From: Eutreptiella sp. 'Long Island Sound 2002'
Lineage: Eukaryota > Protista > Euglenida
Direction: 5' to 3'
DNA length: 64,000 nt
Assembly (NCBI GenBank): GCA_964036045.1
Contig: OZ038379.1
Location: 41,664,001 to 41,728,000, forward strand
The translations under genes and the position numbers were made by a program. Below the pieces are notes generated by a model. The model was given only the letters and a program-made list of their open reading frames with translations, was not told the origin of the DNA and ran no database searches. Below, piece by piece: positions 49,328 through 63,136 of the stretch; position 1 is the stretch's first letter, and every line of letters starts with the position of its first letter.

Positions 49328-52300
49328 TCCACTGTGGTGGCGCCGTTCTGTTTGGACAACCAGCAGGCACTCCTTGAGTCATTGCCTTCATTGCGCTCGC
49401 CAATTACAATTTGCAGTACAACCGCACCCTGCCGAAATCCCCCCACCGTGGGCGTATGCCGAAGCGCACGTACTAACATCGACGGAGAAATGTGGGCGCA
49501 ATGGATGCCGCAAGAAGGTCGCACGGCTCCGCCCGTATGCTTCGCGTGCCAGAAGGTCCCACTTGGGCCGCGTGCGATGCAACACTTACCGCAACAACAC
49601 GCAAACACTTCGAAGCGCATGCTCCGGTCGCTGGCGGTTCCAAAGATGGAATGGGGGGGGGGGTTCCAATGCTAGAAGCGGGGGCGTCTAGCGATGGAAG
49701 GGGGTTCCAGCAACTGTTCTAGCGGGGGTTCCAAAGCAGGAAGGGGGTTCCAACGGGGCTTCGAGCGCCCATTCCTAGTCTCTAGGTGTCTTCAATGGAC
49801 AAGGTTGTGGCGCTTTTTACGCAATCAGTGCCCCCCCCCTAGCGGCCTAGTTGCAACTCAAGGACCGTGCACGACGTGAGGGGCGTTTGCACATCGCCAC
49901 AGTCCCAGTAGCTCTTCTCGCGGAGGGCACACCACTAGTTGAAGAAACTCCAGATGGGCTTTTCGTCCGTAGCCGCATGGACATTGAGGGGGGGGGATAG
50001 CCAGGCCTATCGGGCGGCAATTCACGTGTGGAAGTACACCGTGGAGTCCAGCCTCTCAATCAAGCAAACATCGAGGTTACCACGGCCATGCACGCAACGC
50101 AACCTTCGCAACACGCGGACACCATCCACGGCGAAAACAATGACTGTCCGTGGCGCGTCCGTGCACCACAGGAGTGAAGTTGTGACGTAGTTGAAGGACG
50201 TCATGGTAAACCAAGTTCAAATAGTGATGGCCTAGGGGAATTATAAACCTAATTGGACTGAAAAATGCATCCTAGTGGTTGTGGTGCCCGATGCAATTCC
50301 TTTGTGGAAAACGAGTGTTTCAAAAGCGGATGTGTTTGTGCATGTTTTGGGGGAGGGCGTGAAAGCTGCTGGACGCATTTGCGGTTGGGCAATGTGGCGG
50401 TGCATCAACAGGCCGGATGATGTTGGCCGTCTTGGATGTTTGATGACATAGGCCAACTGAAAGAACAAGCGGTTCCGTTGTTCTGGGACACCATAGTTTT
50501 CATTGATGCCGAGGCTTGGCGGTTCGTGGTGTTCCTCTCTTGGGATGGCAATTGTTGATGTCCGTAACCAACGGCGGGATAAAATGTTCGTGTTGTGATT
50601 ATGTTACGATTTTACGTCCATTGGACCATGTCCCTGAACATGTTCGTTGGGGCTGCTTCTTGCGGAGTATCAAAGCGGACTGTCGCGTCGGAAACGTGTC
50701 CCATGGTGCTTGCCGTGTGACAAATGCTGTCAAGAAGCGATTATCTCATGATATTGCTTGGTGGTTGGTTGGGCTAGTTGGCCAACGTGCCATGGCCCGT
50801 GAATTTCATGAAATTTCGCCTGCCTTATTGCATCAGGCTCGCTCTATTCTCGCCGCGGAGCCAAGAGACCTTGTGCCTCGAAAGGTAAAGGAGGGAACAT
50901 TTGACATTAGCACGGCCCACCTTTTTGTGGGACCGATCCGCATTTCAACAATGACTCATGTTAGCCCTCCAAATGGACTTTCTAACTATTATTTGCACCG
51001 GTGTATATATGCATGTTCTCGTTGCCGTTTTCTTGCGCGATTTTGGTGCACTTCAAAGACAATGGCGTAAAAAAGAACTCTTACTGATGTCTAGGTGGCC
51101 TGTGCCAAAGCTTTGTGTGCAAGCATTGGCACATGTTGGGAGAAATTGGGGTGGAAGGCTGCTCCATGGGTCCATTGGACTGTCACCCACTCCCACTATT
51201 TCCTTACCAAATATTGCACTTTATATATATTCTTCAGTGTACCCGCAGAACACTGGCACCGCCGATTTAAGATGCAGGTGAAACACTCAATGCGTGGATG
51301 GTGGCTCCAAAAGCGACGCGTGTCGAAACGAGGCTTGCGCCATGTGCTCGACCTGGAGACTGTAGAAATAGGCTTGCGGCACTGCATTGCGCGCAAGGGC
51401 CGTGCACTATTGAAAAGACGTTGCCGTTGATGTACAAGGACATTGTGGTGCAGCGGTGAGTTGAGGTGTAATCGGTTTTTGCGACCGGTGCGCGGTTTGG
51501 TGAAGTTGGGATGTGTGGCGGAAGGGGGGGTTTCGGCGCTAGAGCCCCCGTTGGAAACTCCTTGCAACGCTCCAAGGGTTCGTTGGAATGGGTTTTCAGC
51601 GGGGGATCCAGAGCCTGAAGGGGGCCCAAGAAGTTGCCGCATGCCGGCAAGAAGGGGATTCTACCACAATTTCGAGCACTTTTTGCGTGCCCAAGTGCTC
51701 CGCGACGACGGGGTGAACCCAAACACCCAAGACTTGTACTATCAAGGGGGTCATTTGTGGTCCAGACATCGGGGTGAAGGCAACTACTTTTGCATGGGGA
51801 GCTGGGATCTGCTAAAATTTTGTGCTAGAAGGCGGCGGGGGGTCCAGCGGAGCGCTTCCAGCGGCGCGCCCCATACCGCAGGCACCCAAGGCCGCGGGAG
51901 TGAGGGACTCAGCCGGTATTGCAGCGCCAGTGCCCCTCTCCGGGCAGTCAAGGAGCGCAGGTCCCCTCTAGTCGCCCCTGGCGTACAACCTTCTCGGGGC
52001 ATACTGAGTTGTTGGACGGTCCTGTAGCATGTCCCTCTAATCAGGAGGATGCGATGGTCCCGCCCAGCACTCCGTGGTGTGCTGCACATGTAGCTTGGAG
52101 GCTAGCACCTAACGTAGTCGCACTATGCAGTGCACTCATAGTATTTCCTCTCGAGTTTTCTTTGTCGCTCTGTTTGGGTGCCACGTAACATGGCCCAACA
52201 GGGGGGGGAATTTTTTTTTATGGCCCCTTCGAGCCCGGAAGTTTTTGGGTCAATTTTCTCCTCCAAAGGTGCCTCCGACGTGGGGTCCGACTCCCGGGCC

Positions 52301-53635
52301 AATCAAGCGGCCACACGGAGCCCGGAAAACGCTGCTTGGTGCACCCGATGTGAATTTTCGTGAATTTTCATTTTACTTTTTATGACTAGTTGACCGAACA
52401 TATCAATAGATATTGATGATGTCCGGCATGCCTCCTTTTCCAAACGGCTTGCGTCACCACTTCCCAAACATGTTTCCCTATCTGGACATTGAAACCACCC
52501 CCCTCCCCCCGACCCCCAAACTCAGTGGCGCACGAAGAAGAATTCTTTTTTCTCCTTTTTTCTACTTTTGGCATGTCGCCACCCACTCCCATCCCCCTTT
52601 GATAAAGTAATTTGTGGAGTCCCGGGCTGCCCAACTAACACCCGGGATGCGAGTGGGGATGAGCGATGCACGGATTCAGCTGGCCTGTCCGGGGCATGGT
52701 CGATAGTTGCTTTTTGTTAAAAGGAACTAGTATCTTTTTCAGCCAATCCTTCACCATTATCTTTGTTGCAGCCGTTGCTCGTTGAATATACTGGGTGTGA
52801 ACGGGGTTTGGGTCATAAGCCACTTCTCTTTGTAGCACACCATGTCTGAGACAGGGCCTACTTGGCGCACTCCCGGCCCCCCTCCGGCCCGGCTCGAGTA
52901 CGAATACCGGGGTCCCGGCCCACCGAGGCCGCCCGAGTAGCAAGTCACCGAGGCGGTCGTGGGCGGCCCATGTGGCAGTTGGAGGATTGTTCCCCGACCA
53001 CTTGTCCGTCTCATCATGCCGTCGCATGAAGCACCCAACAACCAGTGGGTGCACCGCTGCTTTGCCTCTCCACCCCTCCTGTGTATGAACTTTTTTGCTC
53101 GCCAATCGTCTCAGGGGAACAATGGCGGAAAATGTTTGGCCTCTATTACAAGCATTGCCTTTTTCACCTTTGCCCCCCCCCCCCCCCCGCAATAGGCTGC
53201 CTTAGTTGCTACTCCATGGCGCTCAGGGGTACCAGTCACCGTGGGACCATGGCGCCGCAAAGTGCCTTGCACATGTGCCTTCGCGTCAACCGCCAATCCC
53301 CCCCCCCCCTCGCCGCCCACACCGGCATCTCCCCCAGCACCATCCTATAGTCCATCCTCACACCGAAATGCCCCATCATCATGCTACACCCGCCCCCCCC
53401 CCCCCTCCAAAGATGCTCCCAACCCAACAGGAACCCTCCCCCCTCGCCGCGGCCACCGACCCCATCACTTCGAGGATTCAACAGTGGCTGGCACAACCCC
53501 TTGCCACCCTATATGGCTTGTTCGATCTTGGCTAGATGCGGTACCGGTTTACCTTGGGGAGGCGGGGGCAAGTAGCTTTGTGGGCGGGCGGAGGGCCGGT
53601 GTCTAGGTTGCTCTTCCTCGACCAAAGCCTCGAGG

Positions 53636-53939
53636 CTCTCATTGCCACTCCTTTAAATGGTATTCGCCTCTATCCTTTCACAGCCACCACTGTAAATGCT
53701 ATGCGCCTCCCATGAAGAGCTGCGGATGGGCGCACTACAAGAGTCCTCTCCTTGACACTACTTTACATATTGTACGCCTGCAAGAAAAATTGCGGACGGT
53801 CGCGCCAAGCTACTCCTGTGGATTGCCATTAGTTTAAATGTTCTTTGCCTCTAATGGAAAAATTGGGGATAGTCGCATCACAGGAGTCCTCCAATTGCGA
53901 CTACTTTATATGTTGTGCCCCTCTACTGCAAAACTGCGG
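53636..53939 (-). repeat. Inverted ~4-unit copy of the 71-bp satellite
   Basis: Reverse complement specifically of 55112-55419, sharing the diagnostic variants GGTGGCTGTGAAAGGAT and GGCGCGACCGTCCGCA. Confidence 0.88.
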
Positions 53940-54032
53940 CATGGAAAACATAGACACAAAAAGAAGACACAGAAAAGGCGACAAAGTGCACATGTTTGGG
54001 TCGTAACGGGCGGGTAGTTAGCGTGGCCTAAG
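53940..54032 (-). mobile_element. Isolated left end of a family-C element
   Basis: Reverse complement of 37877-37969, including the TIR. Confidence 0.88.
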
Positions 54033-54049
54033 TGGATGGGGTACTATCT

Positions 54050-57000
54050 GCGCCATGGTGAGCCAGGACTCTTGTGGTGCAACTATCCGCAATTTCAGAT
54101 TAGAGGCGCATACCACTTACAGTAGTTGGAACGAGAGGACTGTTGTGGTGTGACAATCTGCAGTATTTCATTAGAGGCGCACATCATTTAAAGTATTGCC
54201 AATGAGAGGACTCTTGTGGTGCGACTGTCCGCAGTTTTACATTTGAGGCACACAACATTTCAAGTAGTGGCCAAGTGAGGACTGGTGTGGTGTGATTGTC
54301 TGCACTTTTTCATTAGAGGGGCACATTATTGAAACTAATTGCAATGAGAGGCCAATTGTGGTGCAACCATCCGCCATTGTACATTAGAGGGCCACAACAT
54401 TTTAAGTATTGGCAATGAGAGGATTCTTGTGGTGCGACCATCTGCAATTTTTCATTAGAGGCGCAAAGCAATTAAAGTAGTGTCAAGGAGAGGACTGTTG
54501 TGATGCAGTAATGGCAATCAGAGGACTCTTGTCGTGCGACCATCCACAGCTCTTCATTGAAGGCGCACCGCATTTAAATTAGGGACAATGAGAGGACTGT
54601 TGTAGTGGGACAATTCGCAATTTTTCATTAGAGGCGCACAACATTTAAAGTAGTGGCAACGAGAGGAGTGTTGTGCTACCACCATCCGCAATTTTGCGAT
54701 GGAGCCGCATAGCATTTGAAGTAGTGGCAATGCCCAGACTCTTGTGTTTTGAGTATTCGCAGTTTTTCATCAGAAGCGCAAAACATTTACATTGCCTTCA
54801 ATGAGCGGACTCTTGTAGCACGAGCATCCGCGGTGTTTCATTAGAGGCACACAACATTTAAAGTAGTGGCAATCAGACGACTCTTGTCGTGCGACCATCG
54901 GCACCTCTTCATTAAAGGCGCACAACATTTGAAGTAGTGGCAATGAGTGGACTCTTGTAATGGGACCATCCGTAGCCTTTCATTAGAGGCGCACAACGTT
55001 TAAAGCAGTGGCAATGAGAGGACTCTTGTGGTGGGACCATCCGCAACTTTTCATCACAGCCGCACAGCATTTATACCGGTGGCAATGAGAGGACTGTTGT
55101 GGTGAGATCATCCGCAGTTTTGAATTAGAAGGACACAACATATAAAGTAGTCGCAATCAGAGGACTCTTGTGGTGCGAATATCCCCAATTTTTCCATTAG
55201 AGGCAAAGAACATTTAGAGTAATGGCAATGAGAGGAGTGGCTTGGCGCGACCGTCCGCATTTTTTCATTAGAGGCGTACAATATGTAAAGTAGTGTCAAG
55301 GAGAGGACTCTTGTGGTGCGCCCATGCATCCGCAGCTCTTCATGGGAGGCACATAGCATTTACAGTGGTGGCTGTGAAAGGATCGAGGCAAGTACCATGT
55401 AAAGGAGTGGCAATGAGAGGACTCTTGTGGTGCGACTATCTGCAGCTTCCGCACTATCCGCAGTAGCATTTACAGTAGTTGGAACGAGAGGTTTGTTGTG
55501 GTATGACAATCTGCAGTATTTTATTAGAGACACACATCATTTGCAATAGTGGCAATGCGAGGACCTTTGTGCTGGGACCATGTCCAATATTTCATTCGAG
55601 GCGCACATCATTTAAAGTATTGGCAATGAGATGACTCTTGTTGATGCGACTGTCCGCGGTTTTACATTTGAGGCACACACCATTTAAAGTACGGGCAAAG
55701 AGAGGATTGCTGTGGTGCGATTGTTTGCACTTTTTCATTAGAGGCGCACATTATTGAAAGTACTTGCAATGAGAGGCCAATTGTGGTGCTACCATGCGCA
55801 ATTGTACATTAGAGGGCCACAACATTTTAAGTATTGGCAATGAGAGGATTCTTGTGGTGCGACCATCCGCAATTTTTCATTAGAGGCGTAGAGCATTTAA
55901 AGTAGTGTCAAGGAGAGGACCGTTGTGCTGCAGCAATGGCAATCAGAGGACTCTTGTCGTGCGACCATCCGCAGCTTTTGATTGAAGGCGCACCGCATTA
56001 TAATTAGGGGCAATGAGAGGACTGTTGTAGCGGGACAATCCGCAATTTCACATTAGAGGCGCACGGCATTTAAAGTAGTACAAATGAGAGGACTCTTGTG
56101 GTGGGACCATCCGCCATTTTTCATCAGAGGCGCACAAAATTTATACTAGTGGCAATAAGACGACTCTAGTGGCGAGACCGTCGGCAAGTTTGAATTAGAA
56201 GGGCACTGCATATGAAATAGTGGCAATTAGAGGACTCTTGTTGTGCGACTATCCTTAGCTTTACATTAGAGTTAGGCAGCATTTAAAGTAGAGGCAACGA
56301 GAGGACTAGTGTGGTGCGGCCGTTCTCAGTTTTCGATTGGAGGCATACGATATTGAAAATAGTGGCACTCAAAGGATTTTGCTGGTGCAAACCTCCGCAG
56401 TGTTTCATTAGAGGCGCACATCATTTACAGTAGTGGCAATGAGAGGACTCTTGTTGTGCAACCGTCCGCACTTTTCATCAGAGGCACGCAACATTGAAAG
56501 TAGTGGCAACGAGAGGACTGTTGTGGTGCGACAATCTGCAGCATTTCATCACAGGCGCACATCATTTAAAGTAGGGGCAATGAGAGGACGTTTGTGGTGC
56601 CACCTTCCGCAGTATTTCATTCCAGGCGCACCGCATTTAAAGTATTGGCAATGAGATGACTCTTGTGGTGCGACCATCTGCAGTTTTACATTTGAGGCAC
56701 ACATCATCTAAAGTAGTGGCAAAGAGAGGATTGTTGTGGTGGGATTGTGTACCCTTTTTCATTAGAGGCGCACAACATTGAAAGTAATGGCAATGAGGGG
56801 ACTCTTGTGGTGCGACCATCCGCAATTGTACATCAGAGGCACACACCATTTTAAGTATTGGCAGTGAGGGGATTCTTGTTGTGCGACCATCCGCAACTTT
56901 TCATTAGAGGCGCAGGGCATTTAAAGTAATGGCAATGAGAGGAGTGTTGTGGTGTGATCCTCCGCAGTTTTCCGTTGGCGCCGCATGGTTTTTACAGTAC

Positions 57001-57925
57001 TTACACTGAGAGGATAGAGGCGCACGGCATTTACAGTTGTGGCAATGAGCGGACTCTTGTGTCGCGACCATTCGTAGTATTTCATTAGAGGCACACAACA
57101 TTTAAAGTAGTGGCAATCGGAGGACTCTTATGGTGGGACCATCCACAGCTCTTCATTAAAGGCGCACATCATTTAAATTAGTGGCAATGAGAGCACTCTT
57201 GTGGCGCCACCATCCGCAATTTTTCATTAGAGGTGCACAACATTCAAAGTAGTGGCAATGAGAGGACTCTTGTGGTGCGCTCACCCGCAGTTTTCCATTA
57301 GAGGCCACGACATTTATACTAGGCGCAACGAGAGGAGTCTTGTTGTGAGACCATGCGTAGTTTTGATTCAGAGGGACACAGTATGTAAAGTAGTGGCAAT
57401 CAGAGGACTCTTGTGGTGCAACTATCCGCAGTATTACATTAGAGGCAAACAACATTAGGAGTATTGGCAATGAGATGACTGTTGTAGTGCGACTGCCTGC
57501 GGTTTTGCATTGGAGGCGTGCAATATTTAAAGTAGTGGCAATGAGAGGACTCTGCTGGTGCGACCATCCGCAGCATTTATTAGAGGCGCACATCATTTAA
57601 AAAAGTGGCAAAGAGAGGACTCTTGTGGTGCGACCGTCCGCAACATTTCATTAGAGGCGCACATCATTTAAAGTAGTGGCAATGAGAGGGCTCCTGTTGT
57701 GCGACCATCCGTTTTTTTGCATTAGAGGCGCATAGCATTTAAAGTAGTGGCAATGAGAGGACTCTACTGGTGCGACCGTCCGCAGTATTTCATTAGAGGC
57801 GCACATCATTTAAAGTAGTGGCAATGAGAGGACTCCTGTGGTGCGACCATCCGCAATTTTTCATTACAGGGGCATGGCATTTAAAGTAGTGGCAACGTGA
57901 CGACTCTTGTGGTGCGACCTTCCGC
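54050..57925 (+). repeat. 71-bp satellite array (~55 diverged monomers)
   Basis: Consensus GTGGCAATGAGAGGACTCTTGTGGTGCGACCATCCGCAATTTTTCATTAGAGGCGCACAACATTTAAAGTA. Unit starts at 57535, 57605, 57676, 57747, 57818 and 57889. Confidence 0.95.
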
Positions 57926-58699
57926 GCATGTCCAAGCTCATCTTTTGCGCATCCGCGACGGCTGGGAGGGGGGGGGGGCGAGGAAATACTTGTTTCTTGC
58001 CCACATTTGGGGACTTTTGGGGCCGGGGAGGATTTTAATGGCAGGCAGGGGGGGGGGGGGGCACTGCAGCATGGGAGGCCGATCTGGTTCATATTTTAGG
58101 GGTTGGGTCAATATAACCCGGACACCGCCAACAAGGGAGCCTATGGGGTGAAAGTGACGGTGATGCCCCCGAGGGGGATGAAGGAACACAGTGCAAGGCA
58201 AGGGGCATAGAGGACTGCAAGGGGCGACAGCGCGACAATGGCAGCAGAGACTCTGCGGCAACAAGATGAGACAGGGAGAAACATGTGAGAGCGAGATGAG
58301 GGGCTGCAGACAGTAATCGGAGCCGTGGAGCCGTGAGCTGAGCACAGGACGACGGTGTTTTCTAATCCGGTTGTAAAGAATTCGTTCAAACGGCTTTGTA
58401 ACAAAACTAAAGGACCGTTGGTGTGCTTTTCGTTTGAACGCGATTAGAACACTTTTTATAGAATGCGATTGGAATGTTTGCTGTTGTCACAGGTTCACCA
58501 TGTGCAGCTGAATGTTGCGCATCCGGATGGGGTACGGGTTCTCTTTCGTTGACCCGAAGGCCATGTGACCGCTGTGCCTCTGGGGTCGCTCACGCGGCGC
58601 CCCCTTCCGGCTGTGGAGGTTTTTGGGGCGTTGGAGAGGTGGAACACTCTGGGGGGCGGGGGCTAGGGTTGGTTGGTTATGTGGGAGTTGGAACAGCAG

Positions 58700-59080
58700 G
58701 CAGCTGCAAAGCCCAGGGCCGAGGAAGCCCCGCACCCCAAACCCAGGGCAGAGCAGCCCCCCCCCCCAAGGCCAAACCCAAAACCGAGGCCCCCCCCTTC
58801 ACCCCGTGGGAGTCGGACGACACGTCGGACACCGCCATCCCCCGGCCCAAGAAGCAGCAGACTAAGCCCCCCATTTCAACCCCCCACCCCAAACCCACCC
58901 GCGCCTCCAAGCTGCACCCCATTCCCCCAAGGGGCAAAGACCCGTACGGTGAAATCCCCTATGGAGGTGAAAGTCGCCGGGTTCCGGGGGGGGGGGGGTC
59001 GGATGACGAGTGGGGTGTGAGTGAGGGGCTCGTTGTGCAGACGTGGGATGATGGGTTGGGTGCTCCTCCTGGGCCCCTCG
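58700..59080 (+). pseudogene. Fragment homologous to the element B ORF at 33000-33350
   Basis: PK-rich stretch followed by RGKDPYGEIPYGGESRRVP. Confidence 0.45.
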
Positions 59081-61543
59081 TTGCTGCTATACACGATAGG
59101 ATTTTGTGGCACCAACATGGCTGCCTTTGGCAAGATTGATTGAGGCAACTGGCTATACACAATTGATGGAATACGCAATTTTGCGAACAGGAGGATACAC
59201 TTGGCACTTGGATCACTCAAACCATTGGCGTGGCTCATTCCACCATTCTTGGAAGACTGTGCCAGACACATGGAGACCCCGCGAGCTACTGTTGCACGAC
59301 TGGCTAACGTGACACGTGAATGCCAAAGGGATATGCGATGGGGCCAGATTGTTTTGCATCCCGAACGTCCCGAGGAGTTGCTTCACCCAAACGGAAGTAT
59401 GTCATGCAGGCATTCTGAAAACTGCCGTTAAAGCGTCCAATTCTGTTCATTGTTGCGAAATTTCGTATATCCTTCACCATTATGTTGTGCACACCCAACT
59501 TTCGTTGCCAACAAGAAATACCTCCGCGATTGCTACAGTGTCATGGTATACAACATTGGTAGCTGTAGTCCCAATTTCACTATGATGCAATCAGTGATAT
59601 CAATCATCACGTTGACTGTGATTCCAAGAAAGGTACATTGCCCCTTGTAAATGATTCCCCGAAAGCACCGCAATCTCCGTTTCATGCAAATTTTCGCCAC
59701 TCCCGTCATTTTGTCTAATTTGTACCACTCATTTAGCTGCCGAACTACGTCACGTTCAGTGAAGGCTCGTTGCCTCGTATCTTGTGTCCTGAGGCTATTC
59801 AATGGGCTCCGGAGGTTTTGAAACTCCCAATGAATCTGACAAACTAACTGCTGGTCGGGTCTCAATCCTCGAATTTGGCTGTTCGGTTGCACATTTTTAT
59901 GATGTCTGAAATTTTAGTTGTATTTGGTTTGCTCAAAACTACGGTTGATGCACTACCAAAGGAATATCAAGGGGACTGATGCACTCAAGTTCTGCTGTGC
60001 AGACTGGGTGTATTTAGATGACTCGCCTATGCCTCCGTGGGACTTTGTGTGCCTGCAGTCCACTCATGAAAATCTGAGCGTCCGCCGATTCACCAGCAAC
60101 CGCTAATGGTTTCCCCAGTGAAACATGTCACAAAGCAAGAGGTGGTAGACCGGCTTTGCATGCACGTTCACCGTACCCTCCATGCAGTCCTGTTCGTCAG
60201 GGTCATCGGGTACATAGGCCATTCCAGTCCTGTCAACAGGCACACCCTTGTTCAGCTGCGGCAACACAAATTCCTAGTACATTGGGGCCAGAGAGTGAGC
60301 TTCTCTCAAAGTATCGGTTGTGAGCTCAATACACATCCTCAACATATGTACACTTCACGAGCCACCTGGCTAGACCGCGTAATTCCTTTGACATTGCTAG
60401 CTCCGAAGGGAATGTGGTCCACTTGAAGACAATTTCTGGTTCTCCTGCAGATGCTACTAGCGGTGAGTGCCCTTTTCAACTTTGTCTGCCGAATCCCACT
60501 ACCGTTTTAAATGCCACCGTTGTTGGGTTGCCGTTCATAGCTGCTGTCATTCAGATTCCAAAAGGCTGGTCCATCCAAGGCAAAGCCAGAGCCTAAGGCA
60601 GCTAAGCCAAAGCCCAAGAAGGTCGATGCAAGTGGCAGTACCGAACCTCAAGCAACACCTACGAAAAGGGCTCAATCACCGTGTGACGAGGCCCCGGCGG
60701 CGCATGGTGATGAGGAATAGAGAAAACAGAGAGTCAACAGTTGGTCACACCACACAAAGGAAATAGCAGTCCAACGTCGGATCCGAAAGGACAATCACCG
60801 TCACAAGAGGGATTGGACATCTTTGCAAATTTGGTGAGTGGTGGGACCTCACCAACAGCTAGCCACAACAGCAAACGTCGAAAGGAACTCGTTCCGGGCA
60901 CAAATGACGACAGTGATTTGGGAATAAGTGCTATGATGAGAAATTGCTGACAGCGGAAGCACCATCCTCTGAGCAGTTGACTTGAATTTTGATTTATGTC
61001 TCACTTTGTTTGATTTGTTATTCAAAGTCACCACTTCCCGGTGATGGCACATCGAACTGCCTTTTGTAAGCAGCAGTTGGTAGTTTGTGTGCTGTATGTT
61101 TGTGTATTGATTCATTATAAACACTTCCTTATGGTTTGATTCGTATTTTTCGCATGTTATGTGTCAATCTCATACTGTGGAAAGAGGTGAATGCGCTGAC
61201 AGAATTTGCTACCACATTATCCTAGATTTTGTCAAATGTGGCGAAACTTCGGGTGTCATTGCAATTCATTGAATAAGGGGGTGTGTTTCACCACGCATCG
61301 GGGCACCGTTTCACGGAGTGTCACGGGTACGCCACGGAAACCCTTCACTGGACAATGCAATTTGTCCTTCAGTGCTATTTCTTGTAATTTGGATGCCTCT
61401 TTTGGATGGTTTACAACTGTACTCAATTGCAGGCAAAAAGGGCAAAGGGGACGAAAAGGGGCATGATTTCAGTCGAAGACCTCACTCGTTGTGCGTTGTG
61501 TGCAATTGGGGGGTAGGAATTCGTCCTTTTTCTCATTCACCCC

Positions 61544-61909
61544 ATGAATGGCCTTCATTTCGAAGACCCCCACCCCCACCCCCCGGGCAGTTATGGCCTC
61601 CGCAGCCAAAGGGTGCATGCACCATGGGTTAACGTGTGGTGTGTCCTTGCGCTGCTGCGAATACATTGTCCTGCATACGCTGTTGTAGAGCGCGCCTTAT
61701 CATTTTCTGGGAGGTTCACCAGCAGTATGCAGGACCTTGACAAGACACATGTCCTTAGCATGTGCATGCTATTGCTATTTAACGTTCCCCCCTTACAGCA
61801 ATCGGCAAAGGGACAAGGAGTGGCAGTGGCACGGCACAAGGCTGCTCGTGCCCCTTTTGATGTGCGTCCACGGCAAAGGCAAAGGCTTTCACAGCAATTG
61901 GATGCATGA
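61544..61909 (+). pseudogene. hAT transposase C-terminal (dimerization) remnant
   Basis: LALLRIHCPAYAVVERALSFSGRFTS fits the hAT LA...L..P.S.A..ER.FS..G pattern. An LDASF (LDPxF-like) segment lies ~250 bp upstream. Confidence 0.42.
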
Positions 61910-63136
61910 TTATAAGTGGAAGCTACAATGCTGCAATGCTTGTAAGGCAATGAAGCAGTGGTTCATGATGGTGACATCCTGCGCGTTTTTGGAGGGGTGG
62001 ATCCATCGCTAGCCACGAATGCACCATTTGCAAAGGCTGCTGAATGACACAAGGTAGATGTGGTCACGGTTGTTGCACCACATGTTACTCTTGAGACACA
62101 TGTTTGCAACCATGACTTCTTCAAGTTTCGAAGAGGTATCGAGTGTGCCACCTGCAAGGAAATGTGCCCTCCGTGCAACACAAGTTTGGTTTGTCATGCC
62201 TGCTTTTCTGCAGACCCACGCCCTTGCATATATGCGGTAGTGAATGTTGCGGATGATGTGTGTGAGGATGGTCAAGACAACAGCGCTGATGAATTGGCTG
62301 CACCACTTAAGCCAAACAAGGGGTGTGTTATCGCGAGAATGCATGCAAAGTTGGTAATGCCGGCACAAAGCGGCAAGCTGCCGGATTGGTCAAGGATCAC
62401 ATTGTCCGATTGCCTGGATGTCCTTGGCGTGAGATTACGGAGTGGTAACAACCGCAGACAAGCAAGAGAGATTGCTATGCAGCATGCCTTGCCTTTGTTG
62501 GCACACTGGGATGCCTTTGTGCCCGACACGGACCGTGTAACCGTTTCACAACACCGCCTAGTAGCTCCCAACCATGCTGCCCCCGACTTGTGGATGAAAT
62601 TGATGGATTGATTCATAAACGCGAAGGTGGTGTCCTCATGTGTGCATGTACGTGCTTGCTTGTGTTTTGTCATTGCACATGATTTTTTTTAGGGTTTTTG
62701 AATGTGTTTCCCTATTGATCGCTATTGATTTTTGGTGGTGTTTCAATTTTGGAATTACCCAAGCTTTCCGATTTTCTTTCCATTCCCCCCCCTTTTTTGT
62801 ATAGCACATTTTGACGATTTCCCCATTGATCCCCATATGTTTTTGGTGATTCCGCTATTTTTCCATTTTCCATGGTCTCCCATTTCCACCATTTTCGCCT
62901 TTTTTGACATTACTCATCTTCACAAGCGTGCTTTTGTGTCTCTTTTTTCATTTTCATTGCTGAATTTTTTCCTCGTGCATTTTTCTAATGGCCCTGTTTC
63001 TTTTCTTTTCATAGGGGGGAGGGTTGGGTGGAGGTGCAGATTGGGGCCAATTTTCTCTCTAATCCCCCCTTCTACCAAGCAAGAAACCCGCATTCGATGT
63101 CAAACGTCTTCTTAGATACACAACAAACACAACATG

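Noticed and set aside
54050-57925. Possible CRISPR array
   Set aside because: The whole 71-bp monomer is repeated with no unique spacers, there are no cas genes, and the context is eukaryotic.
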